A stretch of 64,000 nt of DNA from Nanobdellota archaeon (lineage in GTDB: Archaea; Nanobdellota; Nanobdellia; Woesearchaeales; GW2011-AR4), in NCBI GenBank assembly GCA_038046385.1, contig JBBSWH010000001.1, forward strand, positions 119,211 to 183,210. The letters run 5' to 3'. The translations under genes and the position numbers were made by a program. The notes under the pieces are model-generated. The model did not search any database. It was not told the origin of the DNA and saw nothing but the letters and a program-made list of their open reading frames with translations. Of this stretch, positions 50,067-58,983 are shown piece after piece. Within the stretch, counting starts at the first letter, position 1. Every line of letters begins with the position of its first letter.

Positions 50067-50498
50067 ATGAAGACAATCGAACTCATCGTAAGCCTGAAAG
50101 TTCCTGACACGACTGCAATCACAGCGCTGCAGACTTTGCAAAAACTGGGATTTAAAATAAAATCCTTAAGAAGGGCAAACTACTACAAATTCTCAGTTGA
50201 GGGAGACTCTTCAAAATTCAAGGAGGAAATAAAAAAAGTGGACATTCTTGTCAACGCAAACAAGCACTTATGTGTTTTTTCAATGGAAAAAAGCAATGAT
50301 TCAAGAATACTTGTCAAAGACATAGATGATTCAAATGAAGCTTTGTTGTCAACTTTAAATCACAGGCTAGGAATAAAAGGCATAAAATCAATTGAAAAAG
50401 GCACTTTGTGGAGCATGGACGCAAACAAGGTTGTTGCAGAAAAAGCAGCGAAAGAATTATTAGCAAATGAGCACTATCAGGAATTCAAGGTGATGTAA
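50067..50498 (+). CDS. purS: PurS-like protein, double length (tandem domains)
   Basis: IVSLKVPD...TLQKLG...ILVNAN, followed by a second unit ending LLANEHYQEF; pur operon context. Confidence 0.7.
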   Translation: MKTIELIVSLKVPDTTAITALQTLQKLGFKIKSLRRANYYKFSVEGDSSKFKEEIKKVDILVNANKHLCVFSMEKSNDSRILVKDIDDSNEALLSTLNHRLGIKGIKSIEKGTLWSMDANKVVAEKAAKELLANEHYQEFKVM

Positions 50499-51266
50499 AT
50501 GAACAAAGTTTTGGTTATATTCGGCTCAAAGACAGACGAAAAAGTCTACAATGAAATAGTTTCAACATTAAAAAAGCTAAAAGTTCCTTATGAGCTAAGA
50601 GTCAGTTCGGCGCACAAGACTCCGGATGATGTTGAAAAAACACTTGAAAATGATTATTCCGTTGTGATTGCAGGCGCAGGACTGGCTGCGCATTTGCCGG
50701 GCGTTGTTGCAGCAAAAGTAATGCGGCCTGTAATTGGAGTGCCTTGTGAAGGAAACTACCAGGGATTGGATTCTTTGCTTTCAATTGCGCAAATGCCTCC
50801 GGGAATTCCTGTTCTTGCTGTTGGAGTCGGACAGGCAAAAACTGCTGCTGAAAACTGCGCAAAGATGATGAAAAAATATGAAGCAGTAACATTAATAGGA
50901 GATAGGGACAACGAAGCTGTAAAAAAATGTGTTGAGACATTAAAAAAGTTTGATGTCGCCTATGTCTTTGAAGACAAGCCAAATCCTGCAACAGTCAACA
51001 TCGAATTCACTTATTTTGACGAGCCTGTTGAAAAGAAAGACGAGCTTGTAATATACTGCCCATTATTGCTTTCAAAAGACGATAGGGCAGAAGCTTCAAT
51101 TAATTTTCTGAAGCATACAAACCACGGATTGTGGGTTGGACTGAATAATGGCGTTAATGCCGCAGTTGCTGCAGTTGAAATTCTAAATATGGACAACAGC
51201 TTTGAAGAGCTTCTTTCCATGTACAGAAGGGAAATGGGAAAGAAAGTTCTGGATGCAAACAAATGA
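50499..51266 (+). CDS. purE: PurE (N5-CAIR mutase/AIR carboxylase) with degenerate second PurE-like domain
   Basis: GSKTD, SAHKTP, GAGLAAHLPG, PVIGVP and QMPPGIPV motifs; C-terminal half ends NGVNAAVAAVEIL. Confidence 0.88.
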   Translation: MNKVLVIFGSKTDEKVYNEIVSTLKKLKVPYELRVSSAHKTPDDVEKTLENDYSVVIAGAGLAAHLPGVVAAKVMRPVIGVPCEGNYQGLDSLLSIAQMPPGIPVLAVGVGQAKTAAENCAKMMKKYEAVTLIGDRDNEAVKKCVETLKKFDVAYVFEDKPNPATVNIEFTYFDEPVEKKDELVIYCPLLLSKDDRAEASINFLKHTNHGLWVGLNNGVNAAVAAVEILNMDNSFEELLSMYRREMGKKVLDANK

Positions 51267-51838
51267 ATGGGACGGAGAGTAATCTGATAACTCAGATTGC
51301 AGAATGGTTTGCAAATGAAGACAACCTCGACGGACTTCAAAGACAAGCAGAGAGGATAGTCCCGGGATACGGAGAAGATGTGGTTCATCAAACTTATGCC
51401 AAAGCTTATGACTATTTAGTTAGACATCCGGATTTTGTTCTTAGAAAATCAATAAATCGGTGGGTTTATGCCTTAGCCAGGAACGCAGCATTAGATATTC
51501 TAAAACACGATAAATCTGTGAGGCCTTATCAAGATTATATTGCCTCTTTGTTTTATGGTGAAGACCCAACACCTTTTCTTGACACAACTTTAGGAGAGAC
51601 AGAAGAAGTGACTTTAGCGCGCATAGTTAATGAAGAGGTATCCAGACTGCCGCAGATTAATCGTGAAGTTATAATATTACATTATTATGAAAGAAAGGGA
51701 TACCCAGATATAGCAACATTGCTAGGCATAGGAATAAGTGCAGCAAAACAGAGGGCATTTAAAGGAAGGGGCATATTAAGCGAAGCAATTCTTTCCCGCG
51801 TTCAAAACATCCCTTATTGTTTAGAATCTGCAGCGTGA
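51263..51838 (+). CDS. Sigma-70 family ECF-type sigma factor-like protein
   Basis: Region 2 EDVVHQTYAKAY...RWVYALARNAALDILK; region 4 LPQINREVIILHYYE..GYPDIA.LLGI.ISAAKQRAFKGR. Confidence 0.8.
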   Translation: MNGTESNLITQIAEWFANEDNLDGLQRQAERIVPGYGEDVVHQTYAKAYDYLVRHPDFVLRKSINRWVYALARNAALDILKHDKSVRPYQDYIASLFYGEDPTPFLDTTLGETEEVTLARIVNEEVSRLPQINREVIILHYYERKGYPDIATLLGIGISAAKQRAFKGRGILSEAILSRVQNIPYCLESAA

Positions 51839-51844
51839 TTGAAA

Positions 51845-52813
51845 ATGATAGACGACAAAACAATAAAAAATCAGTTGAAATACACATTAGAGGAAACAGA
51901 TTTCCCTCAGCTGGGGAAGAAATACAAGGGAAAAGTAAGAGATGTTTATGCTGCAGAAGACAGGATTTTTCTGATTGCAACTGACAGGCAGTCTGCTTTT
52001 GACAGGAACCTTGCAAACATCCCTTTCAAAGGCCAGGTACTGACGCAGACGTCTGCATTCTGGTTTGAAAAAACAAAAGATATTGTCCAAAACCATGTTA
52101 TAAGCATTCCAGACCCAAATGTAGTTGTGTGCAAACAACTAAAGGTATTTCCTGTTGAATTTGTTATAAGGGGGTATATAACCGGCGTGACAAGCACTGC
52201 AGCATGGACCGCGTATGAAAAGGGGGAAAGAAATTTTTGCGGAAATATCCTGCCGGAAGGAATGAGAAAGAACCAGAAATTTGACAATCCAATAATAACA
52301 CCAACAACAAAATCAACAGAGCACGATGAAAAGATATCCGCAGAAGAGATTATCAGCCGCGGCCTTATGACAAAGAAGCAGTGGGATTTTGTTGCAGAAA
52401 AAGCATTCAGGCTTTTTGAAAGGGGAACAGAAATATCGGCAAAAAACGGGCTTATCCTTGTGGACACAAAATATGAATTCGGCTATGATGATAAAGGGAG
52501 TATCTTCCTTATAGACGAGATACACACGCCTGATTCTTCAAGGTTCTGGATAAAAGAGAATTATAAAGAAAGGTTTGCAAAAGGCGAAGAGCCGGACAAT
52601 ATCGATAAGGAATTTCTAAGGCTCTGGTTCAAGCAGAATTGCGACCCCTATAAAGACAAGGTGCTTCCAGAAGCCCCTGAAGAACTGGTTATTGAGCTGA
52701 GCAAAAGGTACATGATGCTTTTTGAAATGATAACCGGCAAAATCTTTGAGACAAAGAATGAAGATGTTTCTGAAAGGATAAAAAATAATCTTAAGAAAGC
52801 TGGATTCTTTTAA
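51845..52813 (+). CDS. purC: SAICAR synthetase
   Basis: GKVRDVY, TDRQSAFD, RGYITG, LVDTKYEFG and DEIHTPDSSRFW motifs. Confidence 0.95.
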   Translation: MIDDKTIKNQLKYTLEETDFPQLGKKYKGKVRDVYAAEDRIFLIATDRQSAFDRNLANIPFKGQVLTQTSAFWFEKTKDIVQNHVISIPDPNVVVCKQLKVFPVEFVIRGYITGVTSTAAWTAYEKGERNFCGNILPEGMRKNQKFDNPIITPTTKSTEHDEKISAEEIISRGLMTKKQWDFVAEKAFRLFERGTEISAKNGLILVDTKYEFGYDDKGSIFLIDEIHTPDSSRFWIKENYKERFAKGEEPDNIDKEFLRLWFKQNCDPYKDKVLPEAPEELVIELSKRYMMLFEMITGKIFETKNEDVSERIKNNLKKAGFF

Positions 52814-52859
52814 TCAATTAAAAAGCAAGGTTTATATAAAAGGGGCATATCACTGATTT

Positions 52860-53024
52860 ATGGAGTTCTTAAAATTCGGATGGGCCGGGGTGTACATCCT
52901 TATCGGATTGTACCTGATTTACAGAATCTTTCTCAAAAGAGACCCGCATAAAAGGGAATACGAAAAAATGTATCATGAAATAGTCAATTCTGATAAATAC
53001 AAAGTCAAAGGTCAGTGGAAGTAA
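52860..53024 (+). CDS. 54-aa single-TM microprotein
   Basis: Manual translation MEFLKFGWAGVYILIGLYLIYRIFLKRDPHKREYEKMYHEIVNSDKYKVKGQWK*; TATA (TTTATATA) about 23 nt upstream. Confidence 0.75.
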   Translation: MEFLKFGWAGVYILIGLYLIYRIFLKRDPHKREYEKMYHEIVNSDKYKVKGQWK

Positions 53025-53073
53025 CACAGTGGTTTCTTTGATTTTTTAATAATTAATAATTGTTTGAAGAAAA

Positions 53074-53097
53074 ATTCTCATGCTGTTGCGCTGATTA
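53074..53097. repeat. Perfect 24-bp duplicate of the marC 3' end (53542-53565)
   Basis: ATTCTCATGCTGTTGCGCTGATTA at both positions. Confidence 0.92.
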
Positions 53098-53102
53098 AAT
53101 TT

Positions 53103-53453
53103 TTACGGAAAGAATTGTCCCTGTTGCCTTATCTCATCCCTTTTTGCTGCATCTTTGACTGGACTAGTGTAAGCTGTAAGAACTGCATCATTTCTATACA
53201 CTAAATTTCCATCGGAATCAAATATTTGAAAAATTCCTGTTCCGTGTCCTGCAAATACTGAATGTCCTCCTGCTAAATTAACAAAGTACCTAGGACTAAT
53301 GTCCATCACAATTCCCTTATTTTCCACAAGGTCCGGATTAAATGCTTCTTTGACTTTTAATGTAGCCCTCTTCCCGATAAGCGCCTTAGCTATACTCTCG
53401 TCTGAAGGCTGAGGACTCTGGACTGTTTCATGAATTCCACTAATATCAACCAC
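53103..53453 (-). CDS. Hypothetical protein (orphan) inside 24-bp direct repeats
   Basis: 116-aa ORF, GTG start, with its own TATA. Confidence 0.6.
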   Translation of the reverse strand: MVDISGIHETVQSPQPSDESIAKALIGKRATLKVKEAFNPDLVENKGIVMDISPRYFVNLAGGHSVFAGHGTGIFQIFDSDGNLVYRNDAVLTAYTSPVKDAAKRDEIRQQGQFFP

Positions 53454-53545
53454 CTTTAACCACTAAAAAATAGATATTATATAAAAATGTTTTTAATGTG
53501 ATAATAACCAATTAGAACAATATTAAAACGCCAATTACTCTATTC

Positions 53546-54133
53546 TCATGCTGTTGCGCTGATTATGGCGATTGTGCCGCTTGCAATCATTTCAATTGCG
53601 ACTGCTGTTAAAAATAATCCCAATATCCTTGAACTTATGTCCACAATATGTATGTTTACTCTGGGAACAGAATAGGCAAAAAGAATGAAAACTATTCCTA
53701 CCAGTATGAATGCCATAAAAAGGTTGAAAAGAATGGCTGCCTGGCCTATCTCGTATGCTTTTATCGTTATGAAAGAAATTGTAGCAGGGCCAGTAAGCAA
53801 AGGGGTTGCGATTATTGAGATGAGGCCTTCTACCCCTTCAACTTTTGCCTCTTTTTCGTGCTTTGGCTTTATTGTATCAAGGCCAAGCAGAAGCAATACT
53901 ACTCCACCTGCAATCCTGAATGAGTTTAAGGAAATTCCAAATAGGCTGAACAATGAAGGGCCTACAACCGCAATTATGACTGCAATGACAAAAGCAGTTA
54001 CAACGGAGATAAAAGCCACTTTCTTGACATTCATCTTCTGCTTATAGGCGCTCATCAGCAAAGGAAAAGATGACAGCGGATTAAGCAGTACGAATATCTG
54101 GATTATAAGTGCCAAGCTTGGTGCGAATGCCAT
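53546..54133 (-). CDS. MarC family membrane protein
   Basis: LNPL, FGISLNSFRIAGG, PLLTGPATI and RILGLFL.A.A.EMI motifs. Confidence 0.9.
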   Translation of the reverse strand: MAFAPSLALIIQIFVLLNPLSSFPLLMSAYKQKMNVKKVAFISVVTAFVIAVIIAVVGPSLFSLFGISLNSFRIAGGVVLLLLGLDTIKPKHEKEAKVEGVEGLISIIATPLLTGPATISFITIKAYEIGQAAILFNLFMAFILVGIVFILFAYSVPRVNIHIVDISSRILGLFLTAVAIEMIASGTIAIISATA

Positions 54134-54253
54134 TCAATAAAATAAAGAAAGGTGGTTTATAAGATTTTCTTTTACATAAGTTTATAAATTTAAAAAATAC
54201 AGATTAATCATAAATTTGATACCCTGAGCAAAGCCTGATCTTTTTAACTCAAA

Positions 54254-55120
54254 ATGCTAAAATTCCTGAAAGAATTTGCCGCAAGAATTGAAATCTACTT
54301 CACTATATACAAAGACGCCGGAAAATTCAGGATTTTAATAAAGGGATTAAAAATTGCCACTTTAGCGCTGGCTTTTATTATTATCCTGCTATTTTTATTA
54401 AAAATGAGCCAAAAAGGCAATACAATGGACGATAAAGCCTTGCCAGAAAAAAATAATTCTAAAATTTCAGTGTGCGGGGATTATATTTTAGATCAAAATG
54501 AGCAATGCGAATTGCAGGATTCGGGCCAAGCATGCCCCCAAGAAACAAGGCAATGCAATTTGATGAAATTTGGGCAGAGAGACCAGTTTGGAAGCTGCAT
54601 GTCAAATTGTTCCTGTGTTTATGATGAATTCAAATACAGCTGTGTTAAGGGAATGTGCGATGCACAATGCAGTGAAGACGGTACTGGATGCCCTATTGGC
54701 GAAACATGCTTTGTGGAAAGCTGTGTCTGCGTTAATGCCTGCGGCGATGGCGAGCTAAACTTCGGGGAAGACTGCAAATCATGCCCAATCGATTGCCCGG
54801 AGAAAATATGTCCTGCTAAAGTTAATGCAAATTGGAGCAAAGATATATTTTTTGCTAATGATACCGGAAATTTTACTGTAGTAATATATGATAAATCAGG
54901 AAATGCGATGCCTTATGTTGGCTTTTACATTGAAACATTTATTAACAACAAATTTTTTGCTAGCGAGTATCACACAATGCCGCCTAGAAGAGAGTTTGTA
55001 ATCCAAGGAATATACAGGGACAAAAGAATGGCTGGTTTAAGCACCAATATCATAAGAACAAATGTGAAGGGGTGCCAGGAAGTTAAGGGCATTGCCTATG
55101 CTGAATTTAAGCTTAATTGA
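54254..55120 (+). CDS. Membrane-anchored cysteine-rich extracellular protein
   Basis: TM helix followed by CGD...EQC and CGDG...EDC..CP.DC repeats. Confidence 0.75.
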   Translation: MLKFLKEFAARIEIYFTIYKDAGKFRILIKGLKIATLALAFIIILLFLLKMSQKGNTMDDKALPEKNNSKISVCGDYILDQNEQCELQDSGQACPQETRQCNLMKFGQRDQFGSCMSNCSCVYDEFKYSCVKGMCDAQCSEDGTGCPIGETCFVESCVCVNACGDGELNFGEDCKSCPIDCPEKICPAKVNANWSKDIFFANDTGNFTVVIYDKSGNAMPYVGFYIETFINNKFFASEYHTMPPRREFVIQGIYRDKRMAGLSTNIIRTNVKGCQEVKGIAYAEFKLN

Positions 55121-55164
55121 AAATAAGATCAATGACAGAGTATCTGGATTTCAACAGAGAATCA

Positions 55165-55353
55165 TCACTTGCTTGACACGTGCATTACCCATGCCAGGCA
55201 TCCTGCAGCAAAAAAGCCTATGTAGCTGAAGTAAACCGGCACGTTAAATCCTGATATATTAACCTGCCATCTAAATATTATTCTTGAAAGATGCAGCACT
55301 GCCACAATTGCGAAAATTGCTGCTGACAATGTTAAAGCGCTTTCCTTCTTCAT
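55165..55353 (-). CDS. Small two-TM membrane protein
   Basis: MKKESALTLSAAIFAIVAVLHLSRI...W. Confidence 0.7.
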   Translation of the reverse strand: MKKESALTLSAAIFAIVAVLHLSRIIFRWQVNISGFNVPVYFSYIGFFAAGCLAWVMHVSSK

Positions 55354-55437
55354 GTTTCTTAAAAAGCAGAACGGGTATTTAAAAGTATCCGAAATAATAA
55401 GGTTTAAATATATCCTAATTGCATAAACACTGCTAAA

Positions 55438-56562
55438 ATGGTAATTCATCACATAAAGAAATTCTTTGCAAATCAGAAGAAGAGGATCTCTGAAATGAGG
55501 AAGGAAAAGAATAAATTAGAATCTTTCCGTGAAACAGAGGAGATGAAGAAAGCCGAGGAGCTAAAGAGAGAAGCCGATCGTCTTGCCCAGTTAAAGCAGT
55601 ACAAAACTGCAATAGAAGAATATGCCAAAGCATTAGAGCTTTATCCTTACAAAGGCAATGAGCCAGATATTTTTAAAAACGCAGCAGAATTTGTTTTCAA
55701 GTGCAACTACAATGTTGCAGCATGCTATTCTTATCTTGATAATTTTGAAGAATCAATAAACTTCTTTGACAGGGCTTTGCTGATTGAAGCGGCAGATGAT
55801 GAAAATAAAGTGCGCGCTTTGATGGGCAAGGGCAACTGCTTCTATAGGACAAAATTGTTTATTGAAGGAAGATACAGGGCAGGCGCTTATAGGATTTCAA
55901 TGGATTCTGATTTAGAAGTTAATGACAGCAAAGTTGAAAGGTATAAGGAAAAAGACAAGAAGCACAATCTTATAGATTTGGCACACAAATGCTTTACGCA
56001 GGCTGTTGAGCTGGACAAGAACAACATTGACGGCTGGTACAATAAAGGCCACATGGAATATCTGATGAACAAAATAAAAGAAGCTGTCCAGTCTTTTGAT
56101 AATGTTCTTGGAATAAACAAAAATTATGAAAACAAAGAATCCGTTCCATTATTTGATGAAATCAAGATGGAAAAAGGCGTCACAATCAAAGGCTCTGAGA
56201 TAACGGAAAGAAGCGAGAGCGCAGAGCCAATCTTCAAGACAAAAACAGGCCATATGGTGAAGACAAGGGCAGAAGTTGAAATTGCAAACTTTTTGTTCAA
56301 CAACAACTTAATGTTTCAGTACAATGCAGTTGCTACATGGGCTGACAAGGATGATTTCCGTTCTTCTTTTTATATTCCAAAGCTTGACCTTTACATTGAC
56401 CACCATCCTTATGACCACATCAAGGAATACCAGAAAACAATGAAATTAAAAATAAAACAGTACGAGAAGCACAAGAAAAAGCACATTTACACAACTTCTG
56501 AAGACGAGAAAGATATGGAAGACTCGCTTAAGCTGAAGATGAAGCCTTATGTTATGCTGTAG
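55438..56562 (+). CDS. TPR protein with C-terminal degenerate PD-(D/E)XK-like domain
   Basis: Multiple TPR repeats; KTGHMVKTRAEVEIANFL...FRSSFYIP...YIDH. Confidence 0.75.
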   Translation: MVIHHIKKFFANQKKRISEMRKEKNKLESFRETEEMKKAEELKREADRLAQLKQYKTAIEEYAKALELYPYKGNEPDIFKNAAEFVFKCNYNVAACYSYLDNFEESINFFDRALLIEAADDENKVRALMGKGNCFYRTKLFIEGRYRAGAYRISMDSDLEVNDSKVERYKEKDKKHNLIDLAHKCFTQAVELDKNNIDGWYNKGHMEYLMNKIKEAVQSFDNVLGINKNYENKESVPLFDEIKMEKGVTIKGSEITERSESAEPIFKTKTGHMVKTRAEVEIANFLFNNNLMFQYNAVATWADKDDFRSSFYIPKLDLYIDHHPYDHIKEYQKTMKLKIKQYEKHKKKHIYTTSEDEKDMEDSLKLKMKPYVML

Positions 56563-56721
56563 GATTTGATTTGTTTATTCTATTAGATTCTTGCTGAACA
56601 ATTTTACACTGCGTAGTGCTGGAAAACTTTTATCATATTTCAGATTCGGTTATGTTAGCAATGGCAAAAGCAAAAAACATATATACCATTCTCAGATAGT
56701 AACTCAAAAGGATGATGAAAT

Positions 56722-57678
56722 ATGCCTAAATGGAATTTTATAAATGGTTTGGATAACCAAGTAATTGAATCAGTTGATCCAAGGTGGGTATCGGCATTAG
56801 AAGTTGCTTTAACCTCTCAGGCTACCCCTGATCAATCAGGATATCACGTAAATGCTGGCGGTGTTACAAAAAAAGGCAACTTTGTTTCAGGCTCTAATCA
56901 TGAGATGGCAATAACAGATACAGTAACTCATGGTGAAGAAGCAGTTATTGTTGCCGCATTGGAAACGTTTGGAAGGGAAGATCCTATTGAAGTAATCGCT
57001 TTTGCAGGGTTGGGCGGCGGTGAAATTGCAAGCCCATGCGGCAATTGCAGAGACAGCATAAGGCAATATGCTGATCCAAATAATTTGGTAATAATCAATG
57101 CCCCAAGGGAAGGGGGAAAAGCAGTCCTTGTTCCCGGCCGCGCGTATTTCAAATCCGATTTTATCGAAGTGAAAGAGACAGGAGAATTAAGATTTGCGGC
57201 AATAAAACAAGCAGTACTGGCTGAACAATCTGCTTATGATATCTATTCAACAAAATCCAGCCCTAAGATTTATGGTGCAGTTATTGCATGTGAAAATGGA
57301 AGTATTTTCAGAGGCAGTTTTAGGGGAGATGTAGCTTATCATCCTGATTTGCCAATTTCTGCTGCTATTGCTAATTTTCGCGACGGCAGTGATGATCCAA
57401 GCAGAAAAAGTATAAGGGAAATAGTAGTTGCCAGCACTGGAAGCATTCCTGATGTAATGTATAAAGACAGGCAGCATGCTTTAGAGCTTGCTGAAGCCAT
57501 GCAGTCATTGAATGGAAGATCCGGAAACCCCTTGCCGGTATATTTAGTCAACATGGGAAATGACGGTTCTATGAAAATCTTTAAGACAGATACCAATGAA
57601 TGGTTGCCGCATAGGTTTTCACCTAAACATTTGGGATTAGAAGGCGCAATGGCAGGCAGTTATGCCAAACTGTTTTGA
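56722..57678 (+). CDS. Two-domain cytidine deaminase-like protein
   Basis: HGE...PCGNC in domain 1; domain 2 lacks the Zn ligands. Confidence 0.8.
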   Translation: MPKWNFINGLDNQVIESVDPRWVSALEVALTSQATPDQSGYHVNAGGVTKKGNFVSGSNHEMAITDTVTHGEEAVIVAALETFGREDPIEVIAFAGLGGGEIASPCGNCRDSIRQYADPNNLVIINAPREGGKAVLVPGRAYFKSDFIEVKETGELRFAAIKQAVLAEQSAYDIYSTKSSPKIYGAVIACENGSIFRGSFRGDVAYHPDLPISAAIANFRDGSDDPSRKSIREIVVASTGSIPDVMYKDRQHALELAEAMQSLNGRSGNPLPVYLVNMGNDGSMKIFKTDTNEWLPHRFSPKHLGLEGAMAGSYAKLF

Positions 57679-57702
57679 AAATATGTTTTTGTTTTTTCCC
57701 AA

Positions 57703-57872
57703 CCGAAACCAGCGAAAATTTCTTCAAACTTTTCTGGGTATTCGAAAGCAAGCTTCCGAAACCAGCGAAAATATTTTAGATTTTCTGGGTATTCGAAAGT
57801 TTCACTTTCGAAACCAGCAAAAATCCTTTAGATTTTTTGGGCTTCGGAAATCATAAATTGATTTCCGAAACC
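57703..57872. repeat. Tandem fold-back repeat, three units of 52-57 bp, at the carA promoter
   Basis: CGAAACCAGC(G/A)AAAA...TTTT(C/T)TGGG..TTCG units start at about 57703, 57756 and 57808; terminal CCGAAACC directly precedes the TATA. Confidence 0.88.
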
Positions 57873-57906
57873 TTTATTAATAACTTAAAACGCTTACTAT
57901 TTTTTA

Positions 57907-58983
57907 ATGAGCGTCAATAAGGAAGTTAAATTAGTTCTAGAAAATGGGGACGAGTTCAAAGGCTTTTCTTTTGGAGCCGAGCATTCTGTTTCAGGAGAAG
58001 TTGTCTTCAACACAGGGATGGTCGGCTATCCTGAGACTCTGACAGATACAAGCTACAAAGGCCAGATTCTCGCTTTAACATACCCTTTAATCGGAAACTA
58101 TGGCGTCCCTAGCAAAGAGATTGAAGACAAACTGCATAAATATTTTGAATCAGACAAAATACAAGTTCAAGCTTTGGTTGTTTCCGACTATTCTTTTGAT
58201 TATTCTCACTGGAATGCAAAAAAATCATTGTCAGAATGGCTTAAGGAGGAAAATATTCCTGCGATTTATGGAATTGACACAAGAAGATTAACTAAAACTT
58301 TGAGAGAAAAAGGAGCAATGCTCGGTAAGATTGTATTCAACAATGAATCAATTGATTTTTTTGACCCAAACAAAGTTGACATTGTAAATGAAGTTTCTGT
58401 CAAAGAGCCAATCACCTACAACGAAAAGCCAAACCAGAAAAAAGTCGTTATAATCGACTGTGGCGTAAAAAACAATATCATAAGAAGCCTAATCAAAAGA
58501 AATCTAACTGTAGTAAGGGTTCCTTACGATTACGATTTCATGCGCGAACACTTTGACGGGCTTCTTGTCTCAAACGGGCCAGGAGACCCAAAGATGTGCG
58601 TCCAGACTATCTACAACGTTGGAAGAGCATTAAAACACAACATTCCGACTTTTGGCATCTGCCTTGGTAATCAGATAATAGCATTGGCAGCTGGCGGAGA
58701 CACTTACAAATTAAAATATGGGCATCGTTCGCAAAACCAGCCATGCACTTTAGCTGGAACAAAAAGATGCTACATCACAACTCAAAATCACGGCTTTGCT
58801 GTTGACATGAAATCACTCGATGAAAACTGGGAAGAATATTTTGTTAATGCAAACGACGGCACAAACGAAGGCCTTAAGCATAAAACAAAACCGTTCTTCA
58901 GCGTTCAGTTCCATCCGGAATCGACGCCGGGGCCGGTTGACACTGAATTTTTGTTTGACGAATTTGTAAAATTATTAAAATGA
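57907..58983 (+). CDS. carA: Carbamoyl-phosphate synthase small subunit
   Basis: [23 protein letters not shown] and QFHPE motifs. Confidence 0.97.
   Translation: MSVNKEVKLVLENGDEFKGFSFGAEHSVSGEVVFNTGMVGYPETLTDTSYKGQILALTYPLIGNYGVPSKEIEDKLHKYFESDKIQVQALVVSDYSFDYSHWNAKKSLSEWLKEENIPAIYGIDTRRLTKTLREKGAMLGKIVFNNESIDFFDPNKVDIVNEVSVKEPITYNEKPNQKKVVIIDCGVKNNIIRSLIKRNLTVVRVPYDYDFMREHFDGLLVSNGPGDPKMCVQTIYNVGRALKHNIPTFGICLGNQIIALAAGGDTYKLKYGHRSQNQPCTLAGTKRCYITTQNHGFAVDMKSLDENWEEYFVNANDGTNEGLKHKTKPFFSVQFHPESTPGPVDTEFLFDEFVKLLK

Noticed and set aside
57662-57856. 64-aa ORF with internal repeats
   Set aside because: It merely translates the fold-back repeat array; conservation there is of base pairing rather than codons.
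57703-57872. CRISPR array
   Set aside because: The variable parts are short self-complementary hairpins, not 30-40-nt unique spacers; there are only three units and no cas genes.
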